Notes: generated by a model not told the origin, from the sequence alone. DNA of 64,000 nt from Blepharisma stoltei ATCC 30299 (GCA_965603825.1 CBFDEM010000005.1:1-64000); one strand, 5' to 3'. Shown: positions 11,564 through 23,386, numbered from the stretch's first letter. Numbers and translations are program-made.

Positions 11564-13873
11564 TTAAATCGGTCCAGATGAACTTCTAGATGGTGGCTTG
11601 GCTCCTGAAGACTCATCAATTGTATCAACTTGATTCCATTCAGGCCCAAGCCTTGGCGGTCTCGTTTTTCTTGAATACAGTGCTTTCCAATTAACGCCTT
11701 CAAAAAATTTCATCTTTTTCATTTGCGAAGTCAATGGTCTTTTACCGGGGTTCCTGTTCATTAATTGGCTGATTAAATCTTTTGCACCGTCAGAAATATA
11801 GCTTGGAAATGTCAACTTCGCTGATTTTATATTTTTAAATAAAACTTGTGTATCTTCATTATAATAAGGTGGCATCCCTGTGAGCATTTCGTATAATAGG
11901 GATCCTAAGCTATACATGTCTAATGCTTGATTTGATGATTGCTTTTGCAATATTTCCGGAGCCATATAAGCTGGAGCCCCACAAAACGATTTTGCTGGAT
12001 TAGCTTGGCTTACGTCTTCTTTAGCCAATTGGAAATTAGTAAGTCTGATATGGCCTAGGGCGTCCAAATAAATGGTTTCAGGCTTTAGATTTCGATAAAC
12101 AACGTCAAGCTTGTGGAGATAGTCTAAGGCAAGGACTGCTTCAGCAAGGTAAATCTTGGCAGATTCTTCATCGAAATGCCTCCTTAAGTCCAAATGGTTC
12201 CTGAGTGTTCCATTCGGGCAATATTCCATGACTAAGTATAGGTGATTCTGCGATTGAAATGACTGATGGAGCGATAATATAAATGGATGCTTTGTTTTTT
12301 TAAGGATTCTGTACTCAGTCATAGCAAATTTGACTCCGTTAATTAGCTGTAAATGAGGCTTATTATAGACTTTCATGCAGAAAATCTTATTGCTGTCAAT
12401 TTTCAATGCTTTGAAAAGCCTCCCTAAGTGCTCCACTCCAATTTCTTCTACAATGTCATATTGTTTTGTTTGAGGTGTTACTTCACTCAAGAGATCAGAA
12501 ATCCCAAATTTCGGTTCGCCTGAGTCAGGCAAGACAGGTGACCCAGGTTCAATGTTCGCTTTCGGGACCCCAGATTCATTAATGTCAGATGTTTCTCTAG
12601 TTATAGCTATGAAATGTATTGGGTTTCTTGTTGGTGAACTGTCTTTTGTCTTTAGTCTTTGCCAGTAGTCACAGGCTTCTTTTATTCTCTTGGTCCATTG
12701 TTCACACACTTCAGGATAATATGAGTTATATTTGAACTTTAAAGCAGCAGTTTCTATAATGAAATAATAATAACTTCTATTAAATCCTTTTGTAAAGAGA
12801 TTTTTTAAGTCTCGGACTTCATCGAAAATGATGGAATATTTAGGCTCTTGGTTATCTAAAAACGACTCACGTGATTTATAGTGATATAAAAATCCTTCTT
12901 CGACGTCTAAGACCAAATAAACCAATTTATCGGTGCCAAATACAGGCTTGCTTCAATTTATGACCCCTGAAAAATTAGGCGGCATGTCAGGATCTCTAAC
13001 TTTTTTAATAGTATATCTTTTAAGCATTTGCTCACCCATGTATTTTGGGATTTCTTCTAAAATCGCAGGCTTGTTGGCGTATTCTAATGGGATTTTCCCA
13101 ACTGGGTCTTCTAAAGTCATTGAAGCTCCATGTTCAAGCAACAGAATAACAATTGCTGTATCCCCTGACTGGCACGCCAAATGAAGTGCCGAGCCTTTGT
13201 CTCTGGACATTTGATTGACGTCGATATTTGGACAAGATGCTAATAGCTTGGCACATTCAAAATGGCCATTTGCACATGCCAGTTGTAAAGCAGTCCAGCC
13301 ATCGTCAGTTTCTCTGTTTAAATTGACTCTTCAATTTAGTAATTCTTTTACTATTTCAACGTTCCCGCTTTTGCAGGCATGATGAATGCACCTTCACCCA
13401 GTTTTGTAAGGCTTGTTTAAGAATGTTGTAATTTCTCCCTTTGGAACAGTATAGTTCATACTTGCTGTATACTGCTCAATTATTTCCCTCAACTCTTCCG
13501 GAGTCCCTAATTTTGCAATCTAAGTTACCCTTACCATTATAGCCTTTCCAATCAAATTGGCGTCTGAGTATCTTTTTCTCCCATAGCTTTCAACAAGCAG
13601 CTCCTGGTGATTTGTATCAAGCTGTTCTCTTAAATGAACCATTTCAAGAAGCACACTTGATCCATTTTCAAGGCCATAAAACTTACAGGACCATCCTTCA
13701 ACAATCATCACTTTTACATCGCACATATAAGTGTACAGTTTTAGCCTGTTAGCGTTCACTCTCACTTTCTCTTCAATTTTTTGTTTCAGTTCTGTGATTG
13801 TTGTGTTTTCTTGAAGCGAAATCTTGCAAAAAGTGACTTGAGGGTCTTCATGTTTCCGAAGCACAATTTCCAT
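11564..13873 (-). CDS. Ubiquitin-like + ankyrin-repeat + PH + AGC-type (pseudo)kinase, 764 aa, one 15-nt intron
   Basis: Ubl-like N-terminus (TITELKQKIEEK..RLKL). Ankyrin repeats GWRCIHHAC, GWTALQLAC, GSALHLAC. PH-like segment ending EVCEQWTKRIKEA. Kinase HPFILSLH..YLVMEYCPNG, SFCGAPAYMAPE. The intron at 13520-13534 and three UGA=Trp join the ORFs. Confidence 0.88.
13520..13534 (-). other. 15-nt spliceosomal intron GTAAGGGTAACTTAG
   Basis: GT..AG, A at position 10; removal deletes an in-frame TAG and joins Ubl to the ankyrin repeats. Confidence 0.88.
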
Positions 13874-14622
13874 TTTGATTTCACCGATACTAATTTATCT
13901 TAAAAATTATAGATTGGCGAGAAAAGGCTTTAAATCAAATTCTAAGATACAGTTGCTTCTTTAGAAACATCTCAGATGCATATGGGAGATTAAATAGTAG
14001 ATTTAGCCTTTATATATAAGCGTTTATCTTCTTGGAGAAGATTTGATTAATTGAAGCAGATAAAAATTTAAGATGATATTCAGAAAATATCTGCTTTGCT
14101 AATCGTCATCTTATTTTTAAATTGCTTATTTAGCTATAAGACTGCATGATTTTTAATAGTTTTAATTAAATACATTATTCGCTACTATACGCAGAATATT
14201 TTACTTAGTTAATCATATGTCATTTTATGAAATAATTATTTAATTTGTCTGGAAAATACTCAATTAACTTTTGATATACAAAATTTTTTTTCCTCTTATA
14301 AATTAATATTCCTTGTAATTTTAACAACAGCACAAAATGTCTGATTAGCTGAGAGAGGTTGATTCTTCTTTCAGTATGATTAATAATTATTTCGCCTGAC
14401 TTGAAAAAATTTTTCTCATTAAATTATAAAAGCTTATTATAGTCATGAAACGTTTTGGATATTATAGCTCAAAACAAAGTAATATAATTACTTTAAATTT
14501 CTTTCATTTTTAATATTTATCACTCTTCACAACTCAATAAAATATTCAATTATATTGCTACTCTCATCTCCACTTAATGATTTTTTTCAAATCTTTATTT
14601 CTTTCATAATTAGCTTATAAAT

Positions 14623-15993
14623 ATGAAATCCACCAATTTGTAATTTTTATTCAGTCTTGATGTCCACGCAATTACTTGGTCTCGAGAAACACATGGTCTT
14701 TTCGATTACGAGTCACGAACTGTCCACAAATCAGATTTCAAAATTAAAAAATCAGTAGTAATCAATAGAAACGGACACAATTGCTTTCTATGCGACCACC
14801 AACCCAAAGAAACGAATTACGACAGCTCAGTTCCTCTGCTTGGGGTCAAAGTCCATAACCAGGAATTTATAGCTTATCAAGCAAGTGAAAACTCGAGCGA
14901 AAAAATGTGACTTGTTGTAAAATACATGAAAATGAACGGATCCAAGGGCATTACATTGCATGAAGGTGACTGACTCAAACTTGGAAGGGTAAGGCTCAGG
15001 GTCAAAAAAATTTTTATTTATAACAGCGCTAGTGGAGAAAACAACGAAATCCAGGGGATCCCTAAATATCTTGAAGGGCTGAACACAGAGTGCAGGTCAG
15101 TAGATGATGGGGCTGAAGAAAACAAAGAAAACACAGAAAAAGCAGCATGCAGAATCTGTCTCTTCGACACGTCCACAAAAGAAGACCCTTTGATATCCCC
15201 TTGCAAGTGCTCTGGGACTATGAAGTCTGTCCATGTAAACTGCCTTAAAGAATGACTAAAAAATAAAGTAGAAACCAGGCTATCAGAGAAAGCCACCTCA
15301 TATTGCTGAAAAGACCTGTCATGTGAGCTCTGCAAAAACCCATTGCCTTCAAGCATTTTAGTAGATGGAGAAAAAGTTGAATTAATTAGCATGTCGTACC
15401 CCCAGTCATCTTATATATTATTCGAAGATTATCGGCCTGAATCAAGACAAAGCTACGGAATTCACCTTGTTTCTATTCCTAATGGCCAATGTGCAGTTCT
15501 TGGACGTGGCCACGAATGCGATATAAAACTGAGTGATATTTCTGTCAGCCGCACACACTCAAGAATTAGATTTCTTAATAATTCGTTTATCCTTGAAGAC
15601 AAAAGCAGCAAATTCGGGACTCTTTTGCAGCTGAAACGAGCAATCCAGCTGAACTCATATAAGGAACTGACGATCCAAGTCAACAGAACCATTTTTCACC
15701 TATCGGTGAAGGAGCCATGGACAGTGGCGAGGTTCTGCTGTCCTTGTATGGCGAAAAGAGTGGTGCCAATTAATGTGATTTCGGACTTAACAGAAGACGG
15801 ATTTCCTGAGCCAGAGCCAGATGAAGCTGAAGAGAGAGAGGATATCCCTTCTCCAGTGACGATGGCCAGAGAAGATAGCTCTCCTCAAAGAATAAGAGAG
15901 GACAGCTTTCATTTATTGGTGCCTCCAGTCATGCAAAATATTAGATCTGAAATGATGATTGTACCGAATGAAGAGTTAAAAGAAGACTTTTAA
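14623..15993 (+). CDS. RING-CH (RINGv/MARCH-type) + FHA domain E3 ligase-like protein, 451 aa, one intron
   Basis: MKSTNF|LDVHAITWSRETHGLFDYE; CRICL..EDPLISPCKCSGTMKSVHVNCLKEW..CELCK (RINGv; that W is UGA); FHA GRGHECDIKLSDISVSRTHS..DKSSKFGT. Confidence 0.9.
14640..14654 (+). other. 15-nt intron GTAATTTTTATTCAG
   Basis: GT..AG, A10; removes an in-frame TAA and links ATG 14623 to the long ORF. Confidence 0.85.
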
Positions 15994-16060
15994 GTGAAGT
16001 TGGACAAGTTTTGTATTCATATTGGTCTTATATAACTAGAATTCACTTAATCTTAATTCT

Positions 16061-17281
16061 TTAAAATTCCCAAACTGGAACGTGAAGGTAAGCTGACTTC
16101 TCAGCCCAATATGGCAGCCCCGCAATGATTTTACTGGCCAAATCAGAATATTTAGCTTGTTTTTCTCCTCCTAAGGCATTTCCATAAGCGCTGCACACAA
16201 AGACTTCGTTATAATCGTTTTTCTAAATACCAAATACTCCTCTGACGCTTTCCAAGGCGCTTCTGAGCAAGCTTAACCCTTGCCCCCTTTCTCCATTTTC
16301 ACACATAAACATGCCTACTATCGCTAGCGCTTTTCCAATATTTCCTTTATCATTGTCCTCATAAAACTTCAGCAATTTCTTTAGGGAATTCAAAATTTTC
16401 TAAATTTCTCTTACATCTGGCTCATATAATTCACTTTCCAATCCAATTTCAGTAAGCGCAGTAAGTGATGGTCCAGATAATTTGTTTTTCAGAACAGTAT
16501 TTTTGTCAAGTGGATCATAAGCTTCAGGAAGAGCCTCAAACAGCTGAATCGCTTTTTGCAGGTTTGGGGCTGCTTCATTGAACTCCAATATAGCTTTTTT
16601 GTACTCTGAAAGTTGAGGTCCATGCAATTGGCCAATCTCATTTTCTTGGTATTTTGTAGCATGCCACCATTGAGCTATTGCAAGATTGTGAAGCACAAAG
16701 CAGGTGTTTGCCCCTGGGTTCATATTGAGACACTCGTAGAATTGGGCTTTAGCTTCGATATGGCAATCGTCTTTGAGTAAAAATGCAGTCTATATGAGTT
16801 TTACTCCAATCAAAAACTTCAAATCTTTTTGTGTGTGCCTGTGAAAGATTTTCCAGTTGTCTTCTCTAAGAATATACTGCCCAAATCTTAAGGCTTTATC
16901 TATATTGCTCTGCAAATACTGCTTGAGAAGGTTTTCACAAGCTGTCCCAAGCTGATGTGAATATTCTTTTTCCTTAGCTTTATAGTTCATAACAATTTCT
17001 TCTAATGTCTTTTCGCACTCGTTTTGCTTCTTCTGTGCTCGCAAAATTAGCGCTATTCTTTGCAAGATAAAATTATATACTGGCTGCCCAAACATTCCTT
17101 GATTCGATAATGATTCCAATGTGGATCTGAATTTTTCTTCCGCTTGTGTGAAGTTCGATTCTTTTACAAACTCAATTGCCTTGGCGTAGTCTTGGCCTAA
17201 GCTGCCTGAAAGAATTTGTTCAGTTTCGGTGTTTTTAGGAATACTTGATGTAGAAAGCCACCTTCTTGCAAATCTCCACAT
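16061..17281 (-). CDS. TPR-like helical protein with probable mitochondrial presequence, 391 aa, three 15-nt introns
   Basis: MWRFARRWLSTSS presequence-like N-terminus; TPR-like helices (VLHNLAIAQW, GKALAIVGMFMCENGERGQGLSLLRSAL). Introns 16790-16804, 16400-16414 and 16223-16237 restore one frame to TAA 16061. Confidence 0.8.
16223..16237 (-). other. 15-nt intron GTATTTGGTATTTAG
   Basis: GT..AG, A10, phase 0, in-frame TAG if retained. Confidence 0.8.
16400..16414 (-). other. 15-nt intron GTAAGAGAAATTTAG
   Basis: GT..AG, A10, phase 0, in-frame TAG if retained. Confidence 0.85.
16790..16804 (-). other. 15-nt intron GTAAAACTCATATAG
   Basis: GT..AG, A10, phase 0, in-frame TAG if retained. Confidence 0.85.
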
Positions 17282-17687
17282 TATAAACCATTTTAATGCA
17301 AAATCAATTCAGCAGCAATGCATACTTGATTAATTAAAGCCGAAAAAATAAGTTTTCAATATAGCTAAATTTTATTTTTTAGCTTGTGCTCTGTTAAAAA
17401 GAAAGCCTAACGATAAATAGGATAACCTCTTTATTATTAACAAAAAATTATTAAATTCATGATTTATACTAGTCAATTGCTATAGTGTTTCATCCCTTAT
17501 GATATGGATATTAAATGCTAAATATAGGTTGTCAATACTAAATGTCAAACTGCAAGAAGCATTATGCTTTAAATAATCATGCAGTTATAATTGAAAAAGG
17601 TGTTATCATTTGCAATATAGAGCCTCTTGGTTTTAAATTGCTGCAATTAACAGACATGCATCATTTAATAGCAATAAATTCATTAAT

Positions 17688-18353
17688 ATGGACGAAATAT
17701 TGTCACCTGAGTCTGAAGTAGGTTTACCTATAGAGCCAAGAGACTCAAGCAATGAAATATCAGCTGATTTTAATGGAAGTCCAACGAGTTGCAACTTAGA
17801 GCCGAATGAACAATCTCTAAGCTCTCAAAAATATATAGATGGCGCAGTTATTTCTTGTGAAAACACTTGCGAAAACTTTCAAAATCAATCAAATAAAGAA
17901 TCCGGACAAGAAATTTTATCAAATTCAATCCGATCGCCCAATAATGCCCCTATTTTAGCCGATGAAACTGCTAATGAAGTCGAATTCCAGACCAGATCTG
18001 ACCGATCCTTCAATGCTGATGAGCGAAGACAAATATCTGCTATAAAAAGCTGGAAAATGGCTTCGCCGTCTAAAAATCAGGACTCAGCAATTAAGAATAA
18101 GATGGATGTATTTCAGGTCACCGTAGATCTCTCAACTCCTTCAGGAACTTTAACAGGCAAAAACTACCTTCCTTCCCGTCATGGTTCTGGCCATGAAGAA
18201 AAAATAGAGCACCAGCGATCGCCAGCTGGCTCCTTGAAAATTCCGATTCTTACAAAAAGATCTGATTCCACTCGCGAAGGGTCAGTAAGAAGTACAATCA
18301 GCAGGCCAGAATCGAGCGATAGGACCATCTGCTTCAAGTGCCTTCTTCAATAA
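17688..18353 (+). CDS. Ser-rich disordered protein with C-terminal CaaX motif (CFKCLLQ*), 221 aa
   Basis: Uninterrupted ATG-TAA ORF after an AT-rich leader; terminal CLLQ fits a prenylation motif. Confidence 0.75.
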   Translation: MDEILSPESEVGLPIEPRDSSNEISADFNGSPTSCNLEPNEQSLSSQKYIDGAVISCENTCENFQNQSNKESGQEILSNSIRSPNNAPILADETANEVEFQTRSDRSFNADERRQISAIKSWKMASPSKNQDSAIKNKMDVFQVTVDLSTPSGTLTGKNYLPSRHGSGHEEKIEHQRSPAGSLKIPILTKRSDSTREGSVRSTISRPESSDRTICFKCLLQ

Positions 18354-18406
18354 TGGTAATTTTTAAATTAATCCTTATTTATCTTGTTGACAATAAATTT
18401 ATTGAA

Positions 18407-19273
18407 ATGGCACAGTATCATCCTTATTGGCATCAGTATTTATAACATAGACAAGAAGCTCAAATCACTCAGGTTTCTTCAGTTTACCCAGGAACCCGCA
18501 GAATCGATGCAATCACTATTGAAGTTCCTTTGAATATTCATGGTCCTACCCTATATCTACAATGGTAAACTCCATTCAGCCGTCTTCCTCAGAATTTTCC
18601 TATGGCAGCTCCTCAGATTTTTGTTATGAGCACAGTAACCCACCCCTTACTAGACTCCACTATGAGAGTGAACCACGATTACTTAGTCCGCTGGAATCAG
18701 CAAAGCACAATTTTCAACGCAGTCAATATCGTCCATCAAGAATTTCTAAAATCTCCTCCTACTGTGATTGCAAATCCCAAGCAAACTCAAATAACTGATC
18801 CTAGAGCGACTGTGGTGGATTTTACAGACAGATTAAGCGCCTTAACCTCTGCTGAGCTTTCTCAGCTTAGTCAAGACGATATGATTGCAATAGTGAAAAA
18901 CTACCCAGGACTGAAGGAAACTGTAGACCAAAATGCCAGGACTACCGAAATCTGCAACCAATTGGCCCTAGAAAATTTGACGATTTCTGAAGAGGCCTCA
19001 AAACTTAAAGCTGAGTATGACCAATTGAGACAAATTTATATAACAAACAGAGACCAAATAAGAAGGGTTGGCGGTGAAAATTCAGCAGGAATTAAGGATG
19101 AAGGAGCCTATAAAAGGGAAATCCAAAGACTGCTAGAGCAGCAGGAAAGGGAAGTTAGGGATGTCGAAACAAGGATTGAAAGAGAGTTTGATCCAAGCTT
19201 GCTTGAGGATTACGTCAAAGCTGCAACGCATTTCCATATGATAGACAATATAAAAGCAAAGCTTAATGCATAA
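18407..19273 (+). CDS. VPS37: VPS37A-like ESCRT-I subunit (UEV-like N-terminus + Mod(r) C-terminus), 278 aa, two introns
   Basis: After splicing 18436-18450 and 18565-18579: YLQCRLPQNFPMAAPQIFV..VTHPLLD..RWNQQS (UEV-like). C-terminal LALENL..coiled coil..LLEDYVKAATHFH resembles Mod(r). Confidence 0.7.
18436..18450 (+). other. 15-nt intron GTATTTATAACATAG
   Basis: GT..AG, A10, in-frame TAA if retained. Confidence 0.8.
18565..18579 (+). other. 15-nt intron GTAAACTCCATTCAG
   Basis: GT..AG, A10, in-frame TAA if retained. Confidence 0.85.
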
Positions 19274-19345
19274 CTAAAATATTGATAATTCAGTTAGAAA
19301 TATCAAGCCATTTATGATATATTAAAAATAGAATTTCCAGCGGAA

Positions 19346-20242
19346 ATGACTCTAAGTTTACTCGAGGAGAACTTACTTATGGCTTCTCATGATTCACGAG
19401 ACGACCTCGTGAAGCTAGATATCTTAAAGTTTCTTATCAATCTAAAAAAGCCCAAAAAGATTTTGCAGCAGTCAAGATCTTCTTTTCGATTAAAAGACCT
19501 TCCAGAACTATATCGGCATGTAAGTGAACCACCCAAAAATTCTATAAGCCAACGGTCAAGCCCCAAGCCTGCGCTGTCAAAATGTCATTCTAAATTGTCA
19601 AATGATGGGACTGAGAATGAGCTAATCAGATTCGGCAGTTTGGACGACGAAGGATTCAGACTGAAAAACAACATTTGTAACAGTAATTTAGATACCCAAG
19701 AAGAATATGACGTCATTCGCAAGAATTTTCTCTATTTGTACTCTGCGCATCGCCCCCAGGATGGGTCTAGAATAAATGAAGGGAATTATGAGGTGCATAT
19801 ATTGAATATCAAACAGCATTTTTTAGACTGCTGCATTAGCTCTCTGTCAGCATTAGGAATAGCCTTATCGAATGTAAGGGATATGAAATGAGTTGATTTA
19901 TATGCGTTTACTGAGTGTATTGAAGAGTTCCAGCGATTCCTGCTTGATAAAAACTCCCTCGTATCGAACGATTCGAATATAAGGGCCAGTTTCACGCTGC
20001 AGTGGCTGCTGTGTATTTTTTATTTAGTCTTTTTTAGGTTTGTAGATACTCGAAGGCGAAATTTGCTGCGAAGAGCTGAATTGAGACTTGCAATCAGTAT
20101 GGCATCAAGGAAAAAGAAAGGGATTAATAAGAATTTAGATAAACTTGTTGAATACACGTTTAAAACTGTCGAGTCTTTATGTGGAGAGCCAAGAGAAGAA
20201 ATCAGCTTTGAAGAGTTCGAGCGAGCACTGCAGACAACTTAA
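19346..20242 (+). CDS. Hypothetical protein with degenerate C-terminal EF-hand-like region (298 aa, or 293 aa if 20013-20027 is spliced)
   Basis: ORF continues through UGA 19889 to TAA 20240-20242; FVDTRRRNLLRRAEL and EEISFEEFERAL resemble EF-hands. Confidence 0.7.
20013..20027 (+). other. Candidate stop-free 15-nt intron GTATTTTTTATTTAG
   Basis: Matches the GTA-N6-A-N3-AG pattern of the other nine introns and is very T-rich, but is not needed to keep the ORF open. Confidence 0.55.
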
Positions 20243-20274
20243 TATACATTGTGTATGAATTATAATTAACTTTA

Positions 20275-20709
20275 TTAAAGATCTTCTCTCTTCTTTCTCA
20301 ATCGCTCTTTTTTAATACGATTTAGTCTCTCTTTGATAGCGCTTCTTCTATTTTTGATATCTTTATTGAGCATTAAATCTGCAGATGACTTGAGGTCGTT
20401 GATTTCAGAGAGAGGGACTAGGTGAATGAATTTCTGATAAGAAACCAGAGATTCATCCATTATTTCTTTGGCTTGATCATAAGTGATGCTTTCTATGCAG
20501 GCAATGAAAGTCTTTTCTAGAAGTTTCGATCTTAGATCTCTGTTATTGAGCGCAGGCTTTGATTTTATTGCTTCTTCTAGTTTCTCTTTAAATTCTTTTT
20601 GTAGTGCTTCATTTAGAGTTGAGCAGGCATTTTCTTTTTCAATTGTTTCTAAGTCCTGACATTTTGCGAGAAAAATAATTATAAATAATAAAGGTATCTT
20701 TGGAAACAT
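20275..20709 (-). CDS. Small ER-lumenal protein (signal peptide, C-terminal REDL), 144 aa
   Basis: Hydrophobic N-terminus MFPKIPLLFIIIFLAKC; ends KKREDL* (KDEL-type retrieval signal). Confidence 0.8.
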   Translation of the reverse strand: MFPKIPLLFIIIFLAKCQDLETIEKENACSTLNEALQKEFKEKLEEAIKSKPALNNRDLRSKLLEKTFIACIESITYDQAKEIMDESLVSYQKFIHLVPLSEINDLKSSADLMLNKDIKNRRSAIKERLNRIKKERLRKKREDL

Positions 20710-20734
20710 ATATTATCTTAAAAATGGAAGGATC

Positions 20735-21421
20735 TTAATCAAATAGCTTTACTGCCGATAATTGATTAAGTCTATATAGCTTTTCCATATAAGTTAATGC
20801 AGGATTAATCTGAGGAACCTCACGGAAACTTAAAGGCTTTACATTTGGGGTTTCTTCAACAGCCGGACTTTTTTGTGATTTCGGTCTTCTTTCTAGATCA
20901 ATAGTAAGCCGTCTTTCTAAATTCTTCTTTACATACTTTATTTCTTGCGGCTTAGCTGGCAATAAGCCATTATATCGATCTCCACAAATCCTGAAGAGGT
21001 TTAATGATCTTTCTAACTTTTCCTTTTTTTCTGAGGAGCTTCTGGACCTTGGAGCACTAGAATACCGTTTATGATTTTTAGTAGAGAGCTTGGTAGTGAA
21101 AGGTCTGAAATGCTCTTGATTTGATTCTGCAAAGATTTTGCTCTTTTGAGAAAAACTACTTTTGGGCCTCTTTCGATACAAAATTGGGTCATAAACGTAT
21201 TCGTTTATGAATTCTGGCAAAGCTTCTGCTTTCCGATGATGGGAGGCTTCTCTTAGTGGCAACTTGAAATTTTCATCTGATATTGAAGTTGATTTATTTT
21301 TACAGGTTACGGTATGTCGGTAATCTATATTTGAGAGGCAGCGAGGAGTGATATGCCTTTGAATCATATAAGTATCAATTTTCACCTCCAAAGAGGAAGT
21401 CTTTGGCCGATTTACTTCCAT
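20735..21421 (-). CDS. Basic, low-complexity hypothetical protein, 228 aa
   Basis: Uninterrupted ATG-TAA ORF in a gene-dense block. Confidence 0.7.
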   Translation of the reverse strand: MEVNRPKTSSLEVKIDTYMIQRHITPRCLSNIDYRHTVTCKNKSTSISDENFKLPLREASHHRKAEALPEFINEYVYDPILYRKRPKSSFSQKSKIFAESNQEHFRPFTTKLSTKNHKRYSSAPRSRSSSEKKEKLERSLNLFRICGDRYNGLLPAKPQEIKYVKKNLERRLTIDLERRPKSQKSPAVEETPNVKPLSFREVPQINPALTYMEKLYRLNQLSAVKLFD

Positions 21422-21548
21422 TTTTTGATTTTAAAGCAATTTCAAAGTATTGAGATGCAAATCTTTCCTTATTTTGATAATATTAACAAAATATCTAAGA
21501 AAAAGCAATCGAGATGGTGAGAAAATTGATAATATGATGATTTTATTA

Positions 21549-22529
21549 ATGAATATGAAAAAGTTTTCATCAAAATGAACATCTGAGTTTCGTGGCGACG
21601 CTACATGCGAAAGACTTTTGAATGCTTTAGAAACAATTTCGAAGCCTTCACAAATTCCTACATACACTTTGAGTGTAGAACAATTTTCATCTCCTAGCCG
21701 ATCCAAAGTTTTACTCCACAACGATCCTCCAAAGCCAATTCAAAAAATCTCAATCAATATTGAGCCTCCCAAACCTATACAAAAAAGTAAGCCTGGCTCT
21801 TTTTCTTTTAGTACTTTCGATAACATTGGAGCCAAGAAGCCTAAATCCCCTCCAAAATCTCAAGTCGGTTCAATTGACATGAAAAAACTCACACTGAGAA
21901 CAAATTTTGAAGACTCAGAAAGCTTTCGACAAATTTTAAGCGCAAGAACAATAAAGTCGTATGGAGAATTATCTGAAACTAGAACCCTCTCAATTAATAG
22001 ACAAAGGCCAATTACTGCAAATTCCGCTAGCTCGTCTGGAAGGAAGCCAAAATTGAATTATCTGCGAGAAAGCATAAGAAAGGCTTTCCAGCATCAGTCT
22101 CCTGAGCTTTTGCAAGTACAGTAAAAAATAAACAGGCTTGAAATTGAAGGAAAGCAGGAAATCCAAAGGAAACAAATTATTGCGAAATCTTCACTCAGCA
22201 GAAGATTATTAGAAAATAAGCTCCAAAGACCTAAAACAGTTGAAAGGCCGAAACGACTGTCCTCTTCCATGGAAAAAAGGCTAGTTCTCATCAAAAGGCC
22301 AGGAATTGAAAGTTTAAGTTCCAGCGGACTATCTACCTTAAGGAAGAAAGACCTAGAAAGCACTAGCGACCTTAAAATTGAAGTCCCAATAATTTCTTTT
22401 ACAAATAAAAGGCCTTTTGCTTCTAAAAGAATTCCGGTAAAAGTAGTCAAACAGCAAAGCATTGCTTGTACAACGGAATCCGAAGACTGCTCTGCGTTTC
22501 TCGGAGATTTATTGGACTCGCGATATTAA
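21549..22529 (+). CDS. Basic Ser/Lys-rich hypothetical protein, ~321 aa, one intron
   Basis: ATG 21549 (or 21555) in frame through one UGA; intron 22121-22135 joins ORFs 21618..22124 and 22269..22529. Start uncertain. Confidence 0.7.
22121..22135 (+). other. 15-nt intron GTAAAAAATAAACAG
   Basis: GT..AG, A10; removes an in-frame TAA. Confidence 0.8.
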
Positions 22530-22540
22530 TTAATTTTCGA

Positions 22541-23386
22541 TTAATCTAGTTTAATTGTGACAAAAGAACTAATAGGGCCTCTGCATATCGGACAAGAATT
22601 TCTACCTTGATTTTTAAGCATTTCTGCGCAGTATTGACAGAGGCATGCATGTCTGCATGGGATAACTGTTGTGTCATTTTTTTCTGACAAGCAAATCACA
22701 CAGTTTGAATTGTCAGCGCCTTGCTTTTCAGAGAACCCATAAATCTCCATCAATTCATAAGTCTGTCCAGCCAAAGTTAATTTTTGTCTAATTGGGAAAA
22801 CTCCAAGATTTCTGCCTTTTCTTTCAAATGATAAATATGTAGTCAAAGCTTGTGGAGGTCGTGAGGTTTCCGGAGGATACCTTGGTATAATTTCAATTAC
22901 AATCGGATATGAGTTGCTATTTCTAAAAAATAATTCGTCTGGAGAATATTTCGAAATGTCAATAGTTGCTTGGCTGCATTTTTGAGACTGCGCAGGTGGG
23001 AGATTTAAGAAAAGTGGCTGCGGGTATTTGCTAGTATTCACTATATATTGGACTCCAGCAGGCCCTATTTGCTCATCTGCAAAAAAATAGATATTTATTA
23101 AGCATTGAAATTCAGAGTCATATTCAAATTCAAGGTGATAGAAATTGGGCTTATAATCATTAGAAACCAGCTTTATAGAACCTTTATTTATGGTTGCGTC
23201 TCATCTCACTGGAATAACTTGAGCTGTAGTTGTAGATGGGACTTCATAATGATGGGGCGCATAAGCATCTTGATGATAGCTAAATAGCGCTTGAGGCTGA
23301 GATTGTGAGTAAAGCCTCCCCATAATTGAATCAGGAGGAGGTGGAGGATTGTATTGAGGCTGCTGACGTGATGATGATCCACCCAT
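22541..23386 (-). CDS. MGRN1/RNF157/LOG2-family RING E3 ubiquitin ligase, 281 aa
   Basis: Myristoylation-type MGGSSS; YPIVIEI, RQKL..YELMEIYG; RING-HC CVICLSEKNDTTVIPCRHACLCQYCAEML..CPICR. One UGA (23201) joins the ORFs. Confidence 0.88.

Noticed and set aside
13520-16804. UAG readthrough (UAG=Gln or ambiguous stops as in Condylostoma)
   Set aside because: Each internal in-frame TAG/TAA in these genes falls within a canonical 15-nt intron, and TAG terminates Rab2 right after the CC motif.
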